Virus record (IMG/VR): IMGVR_UViG_3300012953_000100
Location: 1-34,144 of that record
Reading direction: 5' to 3' (one strand)
Length of the DNA stretch: 34,144 bases
DNA from: a virus
Taxonomy: Duplodnaviria > Caudoviricetes
Shown here: positions 1 to 8,151 of the stretch, in pieces
How positions within the stretch are numbered: position 1 is the first letter of the stretch
Layout of the letters: each line of letters starts with the position of its first letter
Program-made: the position numbers and the translations under genes
The notes under the pieces: generated by a model
The model's database searches: none
What the model was told of the DNA's origin: nothing
What the model saw: only the letters and a program-made list of their open reading frames with translations

Positions 1-1
1 G

Positions 2-163
2 AATCTTCCGCAGCTGGAAGACGCATCCACAAAGCTCGCTTCTCTGGTGCTTGCGTCTCAGCTAGGATTGCAGTCGATTCCAAAGACGGCTGCGGTCAGG
101 GCTATGACGGCATTAGAAGACGTGATAACGGGGCTCAAATCACTTAAGAGGTACTCAATATGA
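2..163 (+). CDS. 3' end of an upstream gene (partial), helical C-terminus, probable head-associated protein
   Basis: Frame open from the window start: NLPQLEDASTKLASLVLASQLGLQSIPKTAAVRAMTALEDVITGLKSLKRYSI*. Its TGA (161-163) overlaps the next ATG (160) as ATGA. Not in the ORF track. Confidence 0.7.
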   Translation, partial: NLPQLEDASTKLASLVLASQLGLQSIPKTAAVRAMTALEDVITGLKSLKRYSI

Positions 164-462
164 CTGCCAGCATGGATAAAATAGCAGCATACGAAATGTT
201 ATTGGAAGATCATCCTCTGTGGACCAAAGAGGCGGGGCTACTAGTCGGCAAAGCCGTACATGCAGGAGGAAGAAGCCTTACTTCGGCAAGAGCAGCTGGA
301 AAAGGGATCCCAGGGGGCCTGAAACGTCCTGCACAAAATCTTAAGCCAAGTGTTCCGCCTGCACAAACGGCCAGGGAGGTGACCACACACGGGTATCCTA
401 AGACTATTTTCCATAATAATATTACCAAGAGTCGGCCTTTGGCCCTCCCAGCACCTAGGTGA
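160..462 (+). CDS. Small basic protein with N-terminal KIAAYExxLExHPLWxKxA leader; putative virion internal/cargo protein
   Basis: ATGA coupling to the upstream gene. The leader motif is shared with ORF 2287..2658, and the rest is basic and Gly/Ala/Pro-rich. Confidence 0.7.
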   Translation: MTASMDKIAAYEMLLEDHPLWTKEAGLLVGKAVHAGGRSLTSARAAGKGIPGGLKRPAQNLKPSVPPAQTAREVTTHGYPKTIFHNNITKSRPLALPAPR

Positions 463-479
463 GTAGAGTAGTATTGTAA

Positions 480-1349
480 ATGGCACACCCTTCTGAATTC
501 TTTATTAAGTATTTACTGATTCTAGGAGACGACCTGTCCCTAGAGTCAATAAATACCAACTTGGAGCTGTACGGTATTTCTGCAGTTACTGAGAACGAGA
601 TAACTCTATATAAAGAAGACTTAAAAGATGTGCCTAAAGACTTTCGCCCTTGGGAGAGTAGCCATAGGCCCTCAGTGTCCTGGCTAAAAAAGAAGAGACT
701 TTACTCCATGGTACATCCCGATAAGGGAATGCTAGAGATGAGAGACTCTATCTTATCTAATCCCCGACTTCGTGAGAACGTAGAGCGCATGATTCTGGGA
801 AACGTTAGTTTCGTGGAGTCCTCTAATCGCCTCGCAAAACTTGGGACAATGGTCAGTGATGTAGCCATTTCTGAATATAAACATTACTTCTGGAATACAG
901 AAGTGATGGGCATAAGTGATTGGGCGTACTATCTCGAAAGAGACTCTACTAGAAGAACTTCGGCGTCCAAGTCTCCGTACTCTTTGGCATTACTTGCGGG
1001 ACCTGAAGTTGCCATGTATAGAGTCGGAGTTCGAAAACAACTAGACTCTAAGAAAATAATGATGGAAGTTCAGTCCGAGCTGTATCATTCTTTCCTAGAG
1101 ACAAAAACTTTACCTCTATCTTCAAAGAAAGTAGAAATGCTTACGGGATTGGCTAGAGGATTAGCTAGGATTGACGAAAGAGTGCAGGCAGGAGATACTG
1201 CACTTCAGGAAACCCTAAAGAAGTTTGAGAAGTTTAAAGTATTGCATGGTAAGGAACAGCCTCCAAGCCTCCTGGATTTAGCCCCTACGGGTTCAGTTAG
1301 TGATAGGTCAAGGGACGAAATTCTTACATCAGGAAAAGGAGCAACATAA
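480..1349 (+). CDS. Hypothetical phage protein (289 aa); possible terminase small subunit or DNA-packaging accessory
   Basis: Long helical ORF with a coiled-coil-like C-terminus, upstream of terL on the same strand. The function is a positional guess only. Confidence 0.75.
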   Translation: MAHPSEFFIKYLLILGDDLSLESINTNLELYGISAVTENEITLYKEDLKDVPKDFRPWESSHRPSVSWLKKKRLYSMVHPDKGMLEMRDSILSNPRLRENVERMILGNVSFVESSNRLAKLGTMVSDVAISEYKHYFWNTEVMGISDWAYYLERDSTRRTSASKSPYSLALLAGPEVAMYRVGVRKQLDSKKIMMEVQSELYHSFLETKTLPLSSKKVEMLTGLARGLARIDERVQAGDTALQETLKKFEKFKVLHGKEQPPSLLDLAPTGSVSDRSRDEILTSGKGAT

Positions 1350-1909
1350 TGTCTACAAGAAGCGTAACTCTAAATGCTGAGATCGATGTATCTCAGTTTA
1401 TCCGAGACAACAATTTATCCGCTAGATCAGTAGAGATCTCTTCCAATAGTTCGGGGATGCCCGTTGTTTATTTTAATTCTCAACAGGGAACGTCCCAAAC
1501 TTTAGTAGACCCTGCTGACGGAGGAGTGATTATTGCTCCGAGGAATGATTACACTGCTGCTCTGGCGGCGAGCCAATACACATCAGCTGTTAGCGGTTTG
1601 GCTGGAATGGACAAGGTACTGATAGAAATTAACTGCGGAGATGTAGCTTCTCAGACCATTAACCTAGTCCCTCGATGGAGCAACAACGCAAGCCCTGATG
1701 TGGACACAGCGGCTGATTGGTCTTTTGAAACTAAAGGAACTGATGCAAACCCTTCAGTATTTCAACTAATGACGTATCAGGTACCCAGTGTTCAGAATGG
1801 CAAGGTTATTGTAGCTCTGTCAGTCTTGGGAGCGCACCTGTCATTAGTTTACTGGAGCGGCGGGCTGACATTGGGAGATACAGGAACAATCGCAGCAGCG
1901 GTTATTTAG
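1349..1909 (+). CDS. Hypothetical beta-rich protein, possibly structural
   Basis: TAATG overlap with the upstream stop, RBS AAGGAG just upstream, S/T/V/A-rich composition. Confidence 0.75.
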   Translation: MSTRSVTLNAEIDVSQFIRDNNLSARSVEISSNSSGMPVVYFNSQQGTSQTLVDPADGGVIIAPRNDYTAALAASQYTSAVSGLAGMDKVLIEINCGDVASQTINLVPRWSNNASPDVDTAADWSFETKGTDANPSVFQLMTYQVPSVQNGKVIVALSVLGAHLSLVYWSGGLTLGDTGTIAAAVI

Positions 1910-1924
1910 GGAGAAAGAGGAAAA

Positions 1925-2284
1925 ATGACTACTCCAGAATTTATGAAAGACTCAAAGAAGTCTTCGCCTGGACACGAGATTGGGGTCGTTCCTGTTCCGA
2001 GAGCAGGATTTAGGGGAGAGAACTTTAGAGCTGAGATAGTTGCTAAAGGAGACGATCTAATTTATCAATTTTTTGATGTTAGAAACGATGACTTTAGGAA
2101 CCTTCTTGCAGAGGTTATAGAGGCTCACTTCGGCTCCACCGACAAGTTTAGTGCGTCCTATATACCTGAAGTTAAATCTATGGGGGTCCACGCCAACGGC
2201 GTAGTCGGGTCTCCTTTTTTTAACTACGATCACTACACTAAGGACTTCTTGGAGTTAGTGGATACGGTGCTAGGCGAAGTTTAG
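1925..2284 (+). CDS. Hypothetical protein
   Basis: Purine-rich RBS (GGAGAAAGAGG) before the ATG; fits the tightly packed operon. Confidence 0.75.
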   Translation: MTTPEFMKDSKKSSPGHEIGVVPVPRAGFRGENFRAEIVAKGDDLIYQFFDVRNDDFRNLLAEVIEAHFGSTDKFSASYIPEVKSMGVHANGVVGSPFFNYDHYTKDFLELVDTVLGEV

Positions 2285-2286
2285 AG

Positions 2287-2658
2287 ATGCCCTTTAAGTC
2301 TCAAGCCCAGCGCAGATACATGTACGCCACAAACCCCAAGCTCGCAAAAAGATTTGAAGAGCACACGCCGAAAGGCAAAAAGCTACCGGAATACGTAATG
2401 GATAAAGTTTCTGCGCACTGCACATCCAAAGCTAAAAAGAAAAAGAAGCACACAAAGATAGCTGCCTACGAGTTTATTCTAGAGAATCACCCTCTCTGGG
2501 AAAAGGTAGCTAAGAAAAAAGTAGTTGGAGTGAGAGAATGGGCACTGGATGCACAGGGCAGAAGAATGCAGAAGCTGCTCGAAGGCACCGGACTTACGCT
2601 AAAGCCGTTAAACAAGACTCCCGATTCAAAGCGACTAAGTATGTGGAACACCGCCTAA
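2287..2658 (+). CDS. Small basic phage protein: MPFKSQAQRR-type N-terminal module plus internal KIAAYExxLExHPLWxKxA motif
   Basis: The N-terminus MPFKSQAQRRYMYATNPKLAKRFEEHTPKGKKLPEYV resembles a short module I recognise from uncharacterised phage proteins. Residues 57-75 match the ORF160 leader. Confidence 0.8.
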   Translation: MPFKSQAQRRYMYATNPKLAKRFEEHTPKGKKLPEYVMDKVSAHCTSKAKKKKKHTKIAAYEFILENHPLWEKVAKKKVVGVREWALDAQGRRMQKLLEGTGLTLKPLNKTPDSKRLSMWNTA

Positions 2659-3020
2659 GACTCCTCATACGGTTTATTGTCCTGTACGGGACCTAGTCCC
2701 TTTATGTATATAATTGCCTTAAAATCGTATTTCTTCCAGTTGGATTTTTGATACACCGCATCGTTAGCTTCGCACCATCCCTTCAAGACAGACCTAAAAA
2801 AAGGAACTTCTTCCTTTTTAATGTGGCGATGAAGCCGCAAGTGAAAGACCCACTTCAATGGATCTACCTGCGGCTTCATATCCCATGCGTACAGATCACC
2901 CAGCAGGACTCGCTGGTAACTCTGTATGCACTCCCCGATCCACGTCAAAGACATGGGTAGGGGGGTCTGTGAGTACGTGATATCCTTTTCTCTTCCCATA
3001 CTCTTTCCACTCAACTCCAA
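2655..3020 (-). CDS. Hypothetical protein (true start uncertain, possibly ATG at 2996 or 2954)
   Basis: Fills the gap between convergent genes, with its stop overlapping that of 2287..2658. The 5' part overlaps ORF 2896..3489. Confidence 0.6.
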   Translation of the reverse strand: MELSGKSMGREKDITYSQTPLPMSLTWIGECIQSYQRVLLGDLYAWDMKPQVDPLKWVFHLRLHRHIKKEEVPFFRSVLKGWCEANDAVYQKSNWKKYDFKAIIYIKGLGPVQDNKPYEES

Positions 3021-3489
3021 CTGGCGAACCCATAGGAAAGCTTAGCAGATACTGGGAGTAAGTGTCTTCCCATATCTCCTTCACTTCCTCTGCAGCAATG
3101 TGTTCATAGTCAGGAGTAGAGATTACTTCTATGTTTCGGACACCGACTCCAGGTATGTCTACCTGAATGAACAGAACAGGATGCGTTCTGTATTCCTCGG
3201 AAAAGAATACTCCCATCCCTCGAACTGTGCCGACCCCAGAAAATTGAGATCTCCACCCACCTCTGTAGGGCTTGAGATTTCTCTCATTTACCTTCACCTC
3301 GGTACCCAACGGAATCTCACTGGCATGATGAGATAGGTCGCTGGATGCAAACCCTGAGTCTATTATCTTGGTCCATTTTTGCAGATTTTCATCTAGAAGA
3401 TGCAGCAACCCGACCCAATGGTCTTTGCCCTTCACCTTTCTTGTCTCAAACCCACACACCAACATCTCCTTTTCGCTACGGTTAGTCAC
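2896..3489 (-). CDS. Hypothetical protein (early-type gene)
   Basis: GTG start with a strong RBS AGGAGG (3499-3504 on minus strand), preceded by the GGGCATAA motif at 3542-3556. Confidence 0.7.
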   Translation of the reverse strand: MTNRSEKEMLVCGFETRKVKGKDHWVGLLHLLDENLQKWTKIIDSGFASSDLSHHASEIPLGTEVKVNERNLKPYRGGWRSQFSGVGTVRGMGVFFSEEYRTHPVLFIQVDIPGVGVRNIEVISTPDYEHIAAEEVKEIWEDTYSQYLLSFPMGSPVGVEWKEYGKRKGYHVLTDPPTHVFDVDRGVHTELPASPAG

Positions 3490-3541
3490 CTTTAAGTTCC
3501 TCCTTTTAAATTTTGTTGTGATATAATCGACCGTAATTTAG

Positions 3542-3556
3542 TTATGCCCGTTTATT
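3542..3556 (-). promoter_or_regulatory. Putative phage promoter motif copy 1 (AATAAACGGGCATAA)
   Basis: Same motif as at 5851, 6336 and 30738, each 39-78 nt upstream of a minus-strand start with a strong RBS. Confidence 0.6.
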
Positions 3557-5306
3557 GGGATTTTTTAGGGAGCCGTTTGTGAGGAATTTTGAGCAAGATG
3601 GGGCGTTTGACTGGGAGTGGTCTGAGCCAAAAAAAGAAGATGTAATGATGGAGGAGCAGGAAGCGGCAGACAATCGTGTCCGAGTCCTTCCCTCTCAATT
3701 TGTTGAGACATCGGTTCTTATGCCCGATGCCCACACAAGAAGCCTAGTGCCGTTTTCCTTCAAAGAACGAAGATACCTGAAAGATATATACGATATAAAG
3801 TCCCCAAGAGTGCTGTTGATGTGCGGCCGTCAGGTTGAGAAATCAACTACATTAGGGAACAAGATGTTAGCCTACTCTTGTTTGATACCTCACTTTAGAG
3901 TTCTCTATGTTTCTCCGTCCAGCACACAGACTAAAGAGTTCTCAAAGACTCGCCTCAAAGAACCTTTAGAGACTTGCCCAGATCTTCGTACTTGGTTTCC
4001 TACGAATCTTACGGATAACGTATTCGAAAAGAAGGCGATAAACCGTAGTCAACTAACTCTTAGATATGCATTCCTAAATGCAGACAGATGTCGTGGACTA
4101 AGCGCCGACTTGATAGCTATGGACGAGTTCCAGGACTTATTGCTGGACAATATACCCGTTATTGAAGAAGCAGCGTCTCACTCAGCGTTCAAATGGTTTA
4201 TCTACTCGGGAACTCCTAAGTCGTTGGATAACCCTATTCAGTATTACTGGGATTCGTATTCAACTAAGAATGAGTGGGCGGTTCCGTGTGAGCGGCATGG
4301 ACTTCCTAACAACCCCGGCTCATGGCATTGGAATATACTCGGGGAAAAGAACATCGGCATAAATAGCTTAATATGTGATAAATGCGGCGAGCCAATAGAC
4401 GCTGCACATCCAATGGCTAAGTGGGTCAGGACAGGGAATCCCAATCCAAAGTTTGATACCTTCGAAGGGTATAGAATTCCGCAGTTGATGGTCCCTTGGA
4501 TATCTTGGTCCAATATCTTAACTAAATACAACTCTTACCCTAGGGGAAGGTTTTATAATGAGGTATTGGGAATGAGTTTTGACTCAGGACAAAGACCTCT
4601 TACTCGACAAGACGTATACGATAATTGTGATCCAGAGTTCAGCATGGCTGCAGAGGCCTTGAAAGAAATAAAGAGTAAGCTGTTTAGTGCCAAGATCTAC
4701 GCTGGGATTGACTGGGGACAGGATAGTACTAATTCCTATACCGTACTTACCTTAGCCGCATACATGGACGGGTTTTTCCGAGTTTTCTTTGCACATAGAT
4801 TTAGTGGAGCAGAGTCGGAACCCAGAGCACAGATAGCTAAAATAAAAAAGTTTATAGATACCTTTAGCATTACTAGGGTCGGAGTGGACTATGGTGGAGG
4901 CTATTGGCCGAATGATGAGTTACTCAGGAACTTCGGTTCTCAGAGAATTATCAGATATCAGTATTCTACTCCTAAGACTATTATGAAGTATGATTCTAAT
5001 AAAGGAAGGTTTTTAGTTCATAGATCAGAAGTAATGAGTGCCGTGTTTAACTCTATAAAGAGAAGAACAGTATTTAGATTTCCTAAGTGGTCTGAGTTCG
5101 GCTCTCCGTTTGGGTCCGATATGTTATCTATATTTTCTGAATACAACGAACGAACAAGAATGACTGAGTACAAAAAATCTCCAAGCACGACAGACGATAC
5201 GTTTCACTCGCTAGTTCTCTGCTTCTTGGCGTCTCTTGTAGATCATCCTAGACCGGACATCATAGTTCCTAGCTCAGAAAAAGACAGATCTCTTATGATG
5301 ACCTAA
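3555..5306 (+). CDS. terL: Terminase large subunit (lambda GpA-like ATPase plus nuclease)
   Basis: Walker A-like MCGRQVEKSTT, Walker B IAMDEFQD, motif III SGTP, Cys cluster CERH...CDKC, YNEVLG, RNase H-type GIDWG and a C-terminal DD.FHS. The true start may be an ATG near 3645. Confidence 0.93.
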   Translation: MGFFREPFVRNFEQDGAFDWEWSEPKKEDVMMEEQEAADNRVRVLPSQFVETSVLMPDAHTRSLVPFSFKERRYLKDIYDIKSPRVLLMCGRQVEKSTTLGNKMLAYSCLIPHFRVLYVSPSSTQTKEFSKTRLKEPLETCPDLRTWFPTNLTDNVFEKKAINRSQLTLRYAFLNADRCRGLSADLIAMDEFQDLLLDNIPVIEEAASHSAFKWFIYSGTPKSLDNPIQYYWDSYSTKNEWAVPCERHGLPNNPGSWHWNILGEKNIGINSLICDKCGEPIDAAHPMAKWVRTGNPNPKFDTFEGYRIPQLMVPWISWSNILTKYNSYPRGRFYNEVLGMSFDSGQRPLTRQDVYDNCDPEFSMAAEALKEIKSKLFSAKIYAGIDWGQDSTNSYTVLTLAAYMDGFFRVFFAHRFSGAESEPRAQIAKIKKFIDTFSITRVGVDYGGGYWPNDELLRNFGSQRIIRYQYSTPKTIMKYDSNKGRFLVHRSEVMSAVFNSIKRRTVFRFPKWSEFGSPFGSDMLSIFSEYNERTRMTEYKKSPSTTDDTFHSLVLCFLASLVDHPRPDIIVPSSEKDRSLMMT

Positions 5307-5346
5307 AAAAGAAAGGGCCCCGAAGGGCCCCAGGTCCCGAAGGACC
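5305..5346 (-). terminator. Rho-independent terminator with twin cUUCGg hairpins for the minus-strand genes
   Basis: The minus strand reads GGTCC-TTCG-GGACC, then GGGCCC-TTCG-GGGCCC followed by TTTCTTTTTT. It lies between the convergent terL and 5354..5773 stops. Confidence 0.85.
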
Positions 5347-5353
5347 CAACGGC

Positions 5354-5773
5354 TTACGCCGTCTTCTTCCCTTTCTTCTCTTCCTGGATAGCCACGACCT
5401 TAGCCTGGTTTTCCAGAATCTCGCCAGTCGTCTTGGCGATGAACCCCGCAAAGGGGGAAGACTCCCCAGCGGCGTAGCCGCTGGTCACCAACTCAGGGCA
5501 GTTGGTGAGTTGCTTCGAAATCTGCCCCTCGAGGATCTTCGCCTCGTGGTCGGTCTTGACCACGAACCTCCTGATCCCCTCGTACGCGAGGAGGCCAGCC
5601 GCACCCTGAAGGGCGAGCTGGGCTCGAGGATCGAAACTCTCAAGTGGGTTCCACCCCTGCTTCTGAGCCAGGTACTGCATTCCTGCAATACCTGCCCCGA
5701 CACTCGCTGCGCGAGCACCGTTGCGGCCGAGTTGAACTTCTAGAGATACGATTCCGTTTGCTACGATATCCAT
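5354..5773 (-). CDS. Hypothetical membrane-associated protein (two hydrophobic Gly/Ala segments)
   Basis: Start placed at ATG 5773 because of RBS AGGAGG at 5781-5786 (ORF track extends to 5806). Segments ASVGAGIAGMQYLA and LALQGAAGLLAY; visibly GC-richer codons. Confidence 0.8.
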   Translation of the reverse strand: MDIVANGIVSLEVQLGRNGARAASVGAGIAGMQYLAQKQGWNPLESFDPRAQLALQGAAGLLAYEGIRRFVVKTDHEAKILEGQISKQLTNCPELVTSGYAAGESSPFAGFIAKTTGEILENQAKVVAIQEEKKGKKTA

Positions 5774-5850
5774 AATATTGCCTCCTTTAGGCATGCCTTC
5801 TGGCATTATGTTGTTTTGCGCAGATACTTACTTTTCTCTGTGCATATATA

Positions 5851-5867
5851 TTATGCCCCTTTTTTAG
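5851..5867 (-). promoter_or_regulatory. Putative phage promoter motif copy 2 (CTAAAAAAGGGGCATAA)
   Basis: Intergenic, 78 nt upstream of ATG 5773; matches the other three copies. Confidence 0.65.
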
Positions 5868-5938
5868 GGGTTTTTAAGGTTTATAGGGTACAAGGACCCT
5901 GCATCCGCATGGGGTTTTTAAGGATGGGGTTTTTAAGG
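5867..5938. repeat. Three copies of GGGGTTTTTAAGG (5867-5879, 5911-5923, 5926-5938)
   Basis: Exact 13-mer repeated three times; the last two form a 15-bp tandem duplication (ILKNP x2 in the minus-strand ORF). Confidence 0.85.
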
Positions 5939-6297
5939 ATGCATGGCCCCAACTTTGCGGACCTATTTGCCGCAAGTCCAAACCCTGCCAAGGTGTTCAG
6001 GATCAACTCTTGCAGATCCTGATTCGATCGCACAGCGTCATCCACTGCGCCTTGGGTCTCCGCCTGGCTTGTCTCGAGACTTCCAAGCGTACTAAGAACC
6101 GACTCCAGAAGTGGAGTGGGGTCATCGATTACTTCCTGCAGCGCTTTGTCCGCGCCGTTCTTTACGGAAGTAACTCGTCCCTTTGTTGATCGAAGACTCT
6201 TTTCAAGTCTCTCAATCTTAGTCTCGTTTTGCTCAACTCGATTCTCAATGGTAAGTTGATCACTTACCTTTTCAATCGCCTTCGTAACTTTTCCCAT
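5881..6297 (-). CDS. Hypothetical coiled-coil protein
   Basis: ATG 6297 with RBS AAAGGAG (ORF track starts at 6330); heptad-like IENRVEQNETKIERLEKSL. Confidence 0.75.
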   Translation of the reverse strand: MGKVTKAIEKVSDQLTIENRVEQNETKIERLEKSLRSTKGRVTSVKNGADKALQEVIDDPTPLLESVLSTLGSLETSQAETQGAVDDAVRSNQDLQELILNTLAGFGLAANRSAKLGPCILKNPILKNPMRMQGPCTL

Positions 6298-6335
6298 TCT
6301 ATTCTCCTTTCTAGCTAAATGGGGCTGCAAATAGG

Positions 6336-6351
6336 TTATGCCCCTTTTTAT
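6336..6351 (-). promoter_or_regulatory. Putative phage promoter motif copy 3 (ATAAAAAGGGGCATAA)
   Basis: 39 nt upstream of ATG 6297 and overlapping the stop of the HTH gene. Confidence 0.65.
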
Positions 6352-7034
6352 TTAGTTTTTAGTAGTTTGGAGAACAAAGATTCTGCAGTGCTTTTGGGGG
6401 CCTCAATCAGCCCATATCTATTAAGTTCTTCTTCTAAATTTCCCATCATCTCTGAGTATATAAATGCGGATATTCTAAGCCTGCGTCTTGCCTCTGATAA
6501 AAGTTTATGTAGGTTTTGTAGTTCTAGTGAAGTGGAGTATTCTCTATCGCCAACGACACATTCGGACATTCGAACATTTAGTCTTAAAAATACCAGCCAT
6601 GCCTTTGGGTTATCTGTAGCTTTACAAAGAACCATAAAATCATTTTCGGATAGTCGATCAAATATCTCTATCCAAGGGGCTATTTCTTCCGCGCGCCACG
6701 AAGATCTTTCGGTGAGATGTTGAGCTGCTAATTGATATAGTTCTCTAGAATACTCCTCTCCTATCCCCAACGGCTGCATTTTTGTATCGAGCATACGCAG
6801 AACTACCTCCATATGAGACTCTAATCTGCGTACAGTTGTTTTTAGTTTTAAGAACTCTTTTCTAGATAATGTTGGAAATTCTGATTGAAAATCTAGCCTT
6901 AGTTCTTCTACTTCGATAGGATCAAGTAAACTAGACCTAGAAATTCGTTGTCTGGACAACAGTCCTTTTTTGATATAATTTCTAACTGTTCTATCGGTGA
7001 CTCCCAGAATGCTTGCAGCTTCTGGAATTTTCAT
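6348..7034 (-). CDS. DNA-binding protein with N-terminal MerR/excisionase-like (HTH_17-type) winged helix and coiled coil
   Basis: MKIPEAASILGVTDRTVRNYIKKGLL is a classic HTH pattern. Start likely ATG 7034 or 7046. Confidence 0.8.
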   Translation of the reverse strand: MKIPEAASILGVTDRTVRNYIKKGLLSRQRISRSSLLDPIEVEELRLDFQSEFPTLSRKEFLKLKTTVRRLESHMEVVLRMLDTKMQPLGIGEEYSRELYQLAAQHLTERSSWRAEEIAPWIEIFDRLSENDFMVLCKATDNPKAWLVFLRLNVRMSECVVGDREYSTSLELQNLHKLLSEARRRLRISAFIYSEMMGNLEEELNRYGLIEAPKSTAESLFSKLLKTK

Positions 7035-7066
7035 TGTATATTTCATATATAACCTCAAGAGGGTTT

Positions 7067-7948
7067 ATGTTTAATTTTACTCTTTCAAGGGACTCTCTTA
7101 GAGCAATGGCTCAAAGAGCATCCTCAGAATACATTATCAACGGCACGCCGCTTACGGAAGCAGTTATAAAGGTTGCGTCGTCGTGCCCCCATACTTTAAC
7201 AGCAGAGCATGTTCGTAGGATTTGTGAAATGACTTATCACGACGCTTACGAACGGTTACACAAGACCGCTAGCGGAGCAGATAGATACGTTAGCTTTGAT
7301 CCACCGGACGCAGTAGTTGCAGCTAAGAAGCTACGAGCAACTAAGACAGCAGCTGCGGAGCGTTCCGCTAATCTATTTGAGGGTACCGCCGTTATGACAT
7401 CTAAAGTAGCATCTTTACGAACTAAGTTTACTCCCGCTAATGCCTTTACTGAGCTTGTCAAAGCTGCAGAAGCTCCAGAAGTTAACTGGGAAAATCCAAA
7501 CAAAGAAATACAGGACATCCAAACTTCTCTAAAGGAGGCAAAGAGTTCGTTACATGTAGAGCTGGGAGGAGTGAAGACCGCCCATGCTGTAGCTACTGGA
7601 GAATTAATAGAGTCAATGATTGGCATGTACAAGCAGGGAAACTCGATACCGGATCTACTGCACGCATGTCTCAGCCAGCTTGACTGGAATGAAATAACCA
7701 AAGAGTCCGCTCAAGAGACTTCAAACATTATAGCAGAGAAGATAGCCAGCGCAGTCAACACTGTAGTAGGGATGCCCGTCAATGAAGTGGCTCATTTAGG
7801 TGATGTAAATCCTGAACATCCTCTACCAAAAAAGTTTTCTAAGGTAGCAGAGTTAGCCACCCAAAGAGCCCATCTTGAGTTTGCTTTGGATGAGATCGAC
7901 TCTAATGTCGAATATTTTAATAGAAAACTAGAAGACCTGTTAAAGTAA
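7067..7948 (+). CDS. Putative head core/scaffold-associated protein rich in K-x-A sites
   Basis: ATG 7067 after GAGGG (ORF track starts at 7013). Helical, with KVAS, KTAS, KTAA, KVAS, KIAS and KVAE; first gene of the head operon. Confidence 0.75.
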   Translation: MFNFTLSRDSLRAMAQRASSEYIINGTPLTEAVIKVASSCPHTLTAEHVRRICEMTYHDAYERLHKTASGADRYVSFDPPDAVVAAKKLRATKTAAAERSANLFEGTAVMTSKVASLRTKFTPANAFTELVKAAEAPEVNWENPNKEIQDIQTSLKEAKSSLHVELGGVKTAHAVATGELIESMIGMYKQGNSIPDLLHACLSQLDWNEITKESAQETSNIIAEKIASAVNTVVGMPVNEVAHLGDVNPEHPLPKKFSKVAELATQRAHLEFALDEIDSNVEYFNRKLEDLLK

Positions 7949-8151
7949 TGTCAGAACGACAAAGAACAGCTAGGCTGAGAGAGCGACTAACTAAAATCGC
8001 TATGGATGCTTCAAAAGTATTACTAGCGGGAGCGGCACTGGGGGGCGGATCTTACGCATTTGCGAAGGGCGCAAAGAGCAGTAGAAATAAGTTTACGAAA
8101 CAGGACCTCCCCATGGACAATTATTTACGTTTGCGAAAAGGACCATTCTAA
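7948..8151 (+). CDS. Small protein: leader, TKIA, Gly-rich hydrophobic segment, basic tail
   Basis: TAATG overlaps on both sides; contains VLLAGAALGGGSYAFA. Confidence 0.7.
   Translation: MSERQRTARLRERLTKIAMDASKVLLAGAALGGGSYAFAKGAKSSRNKFTKQDLPMDNYLRLRKGPF

Noticed and set aside
210-488. Minus-strand ORFs 210..488 and 241..486
   Set aside because: They are antisense shadows of ORF160, which has translational coupling and a conserved motif.
908-917. GGGCATAA on the + strand
   Set aside because: It is inside a coding region, lacks the upstream A-tract and has no nearby downstream start.
2896-3020. Same-strand overlap suggesting a programmed frameshift between ORFs 2896..3489 and 2655..3020
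   Set aside because: No clear slippery heptamer was identified, and a later start for the downstream gene explains much of the overlap.
5867-5938. Possible mini CRISPR array
   Set aside because: The repeats are only 13 bp with spacers of 31 and 2 nt, and no cas genes are present.
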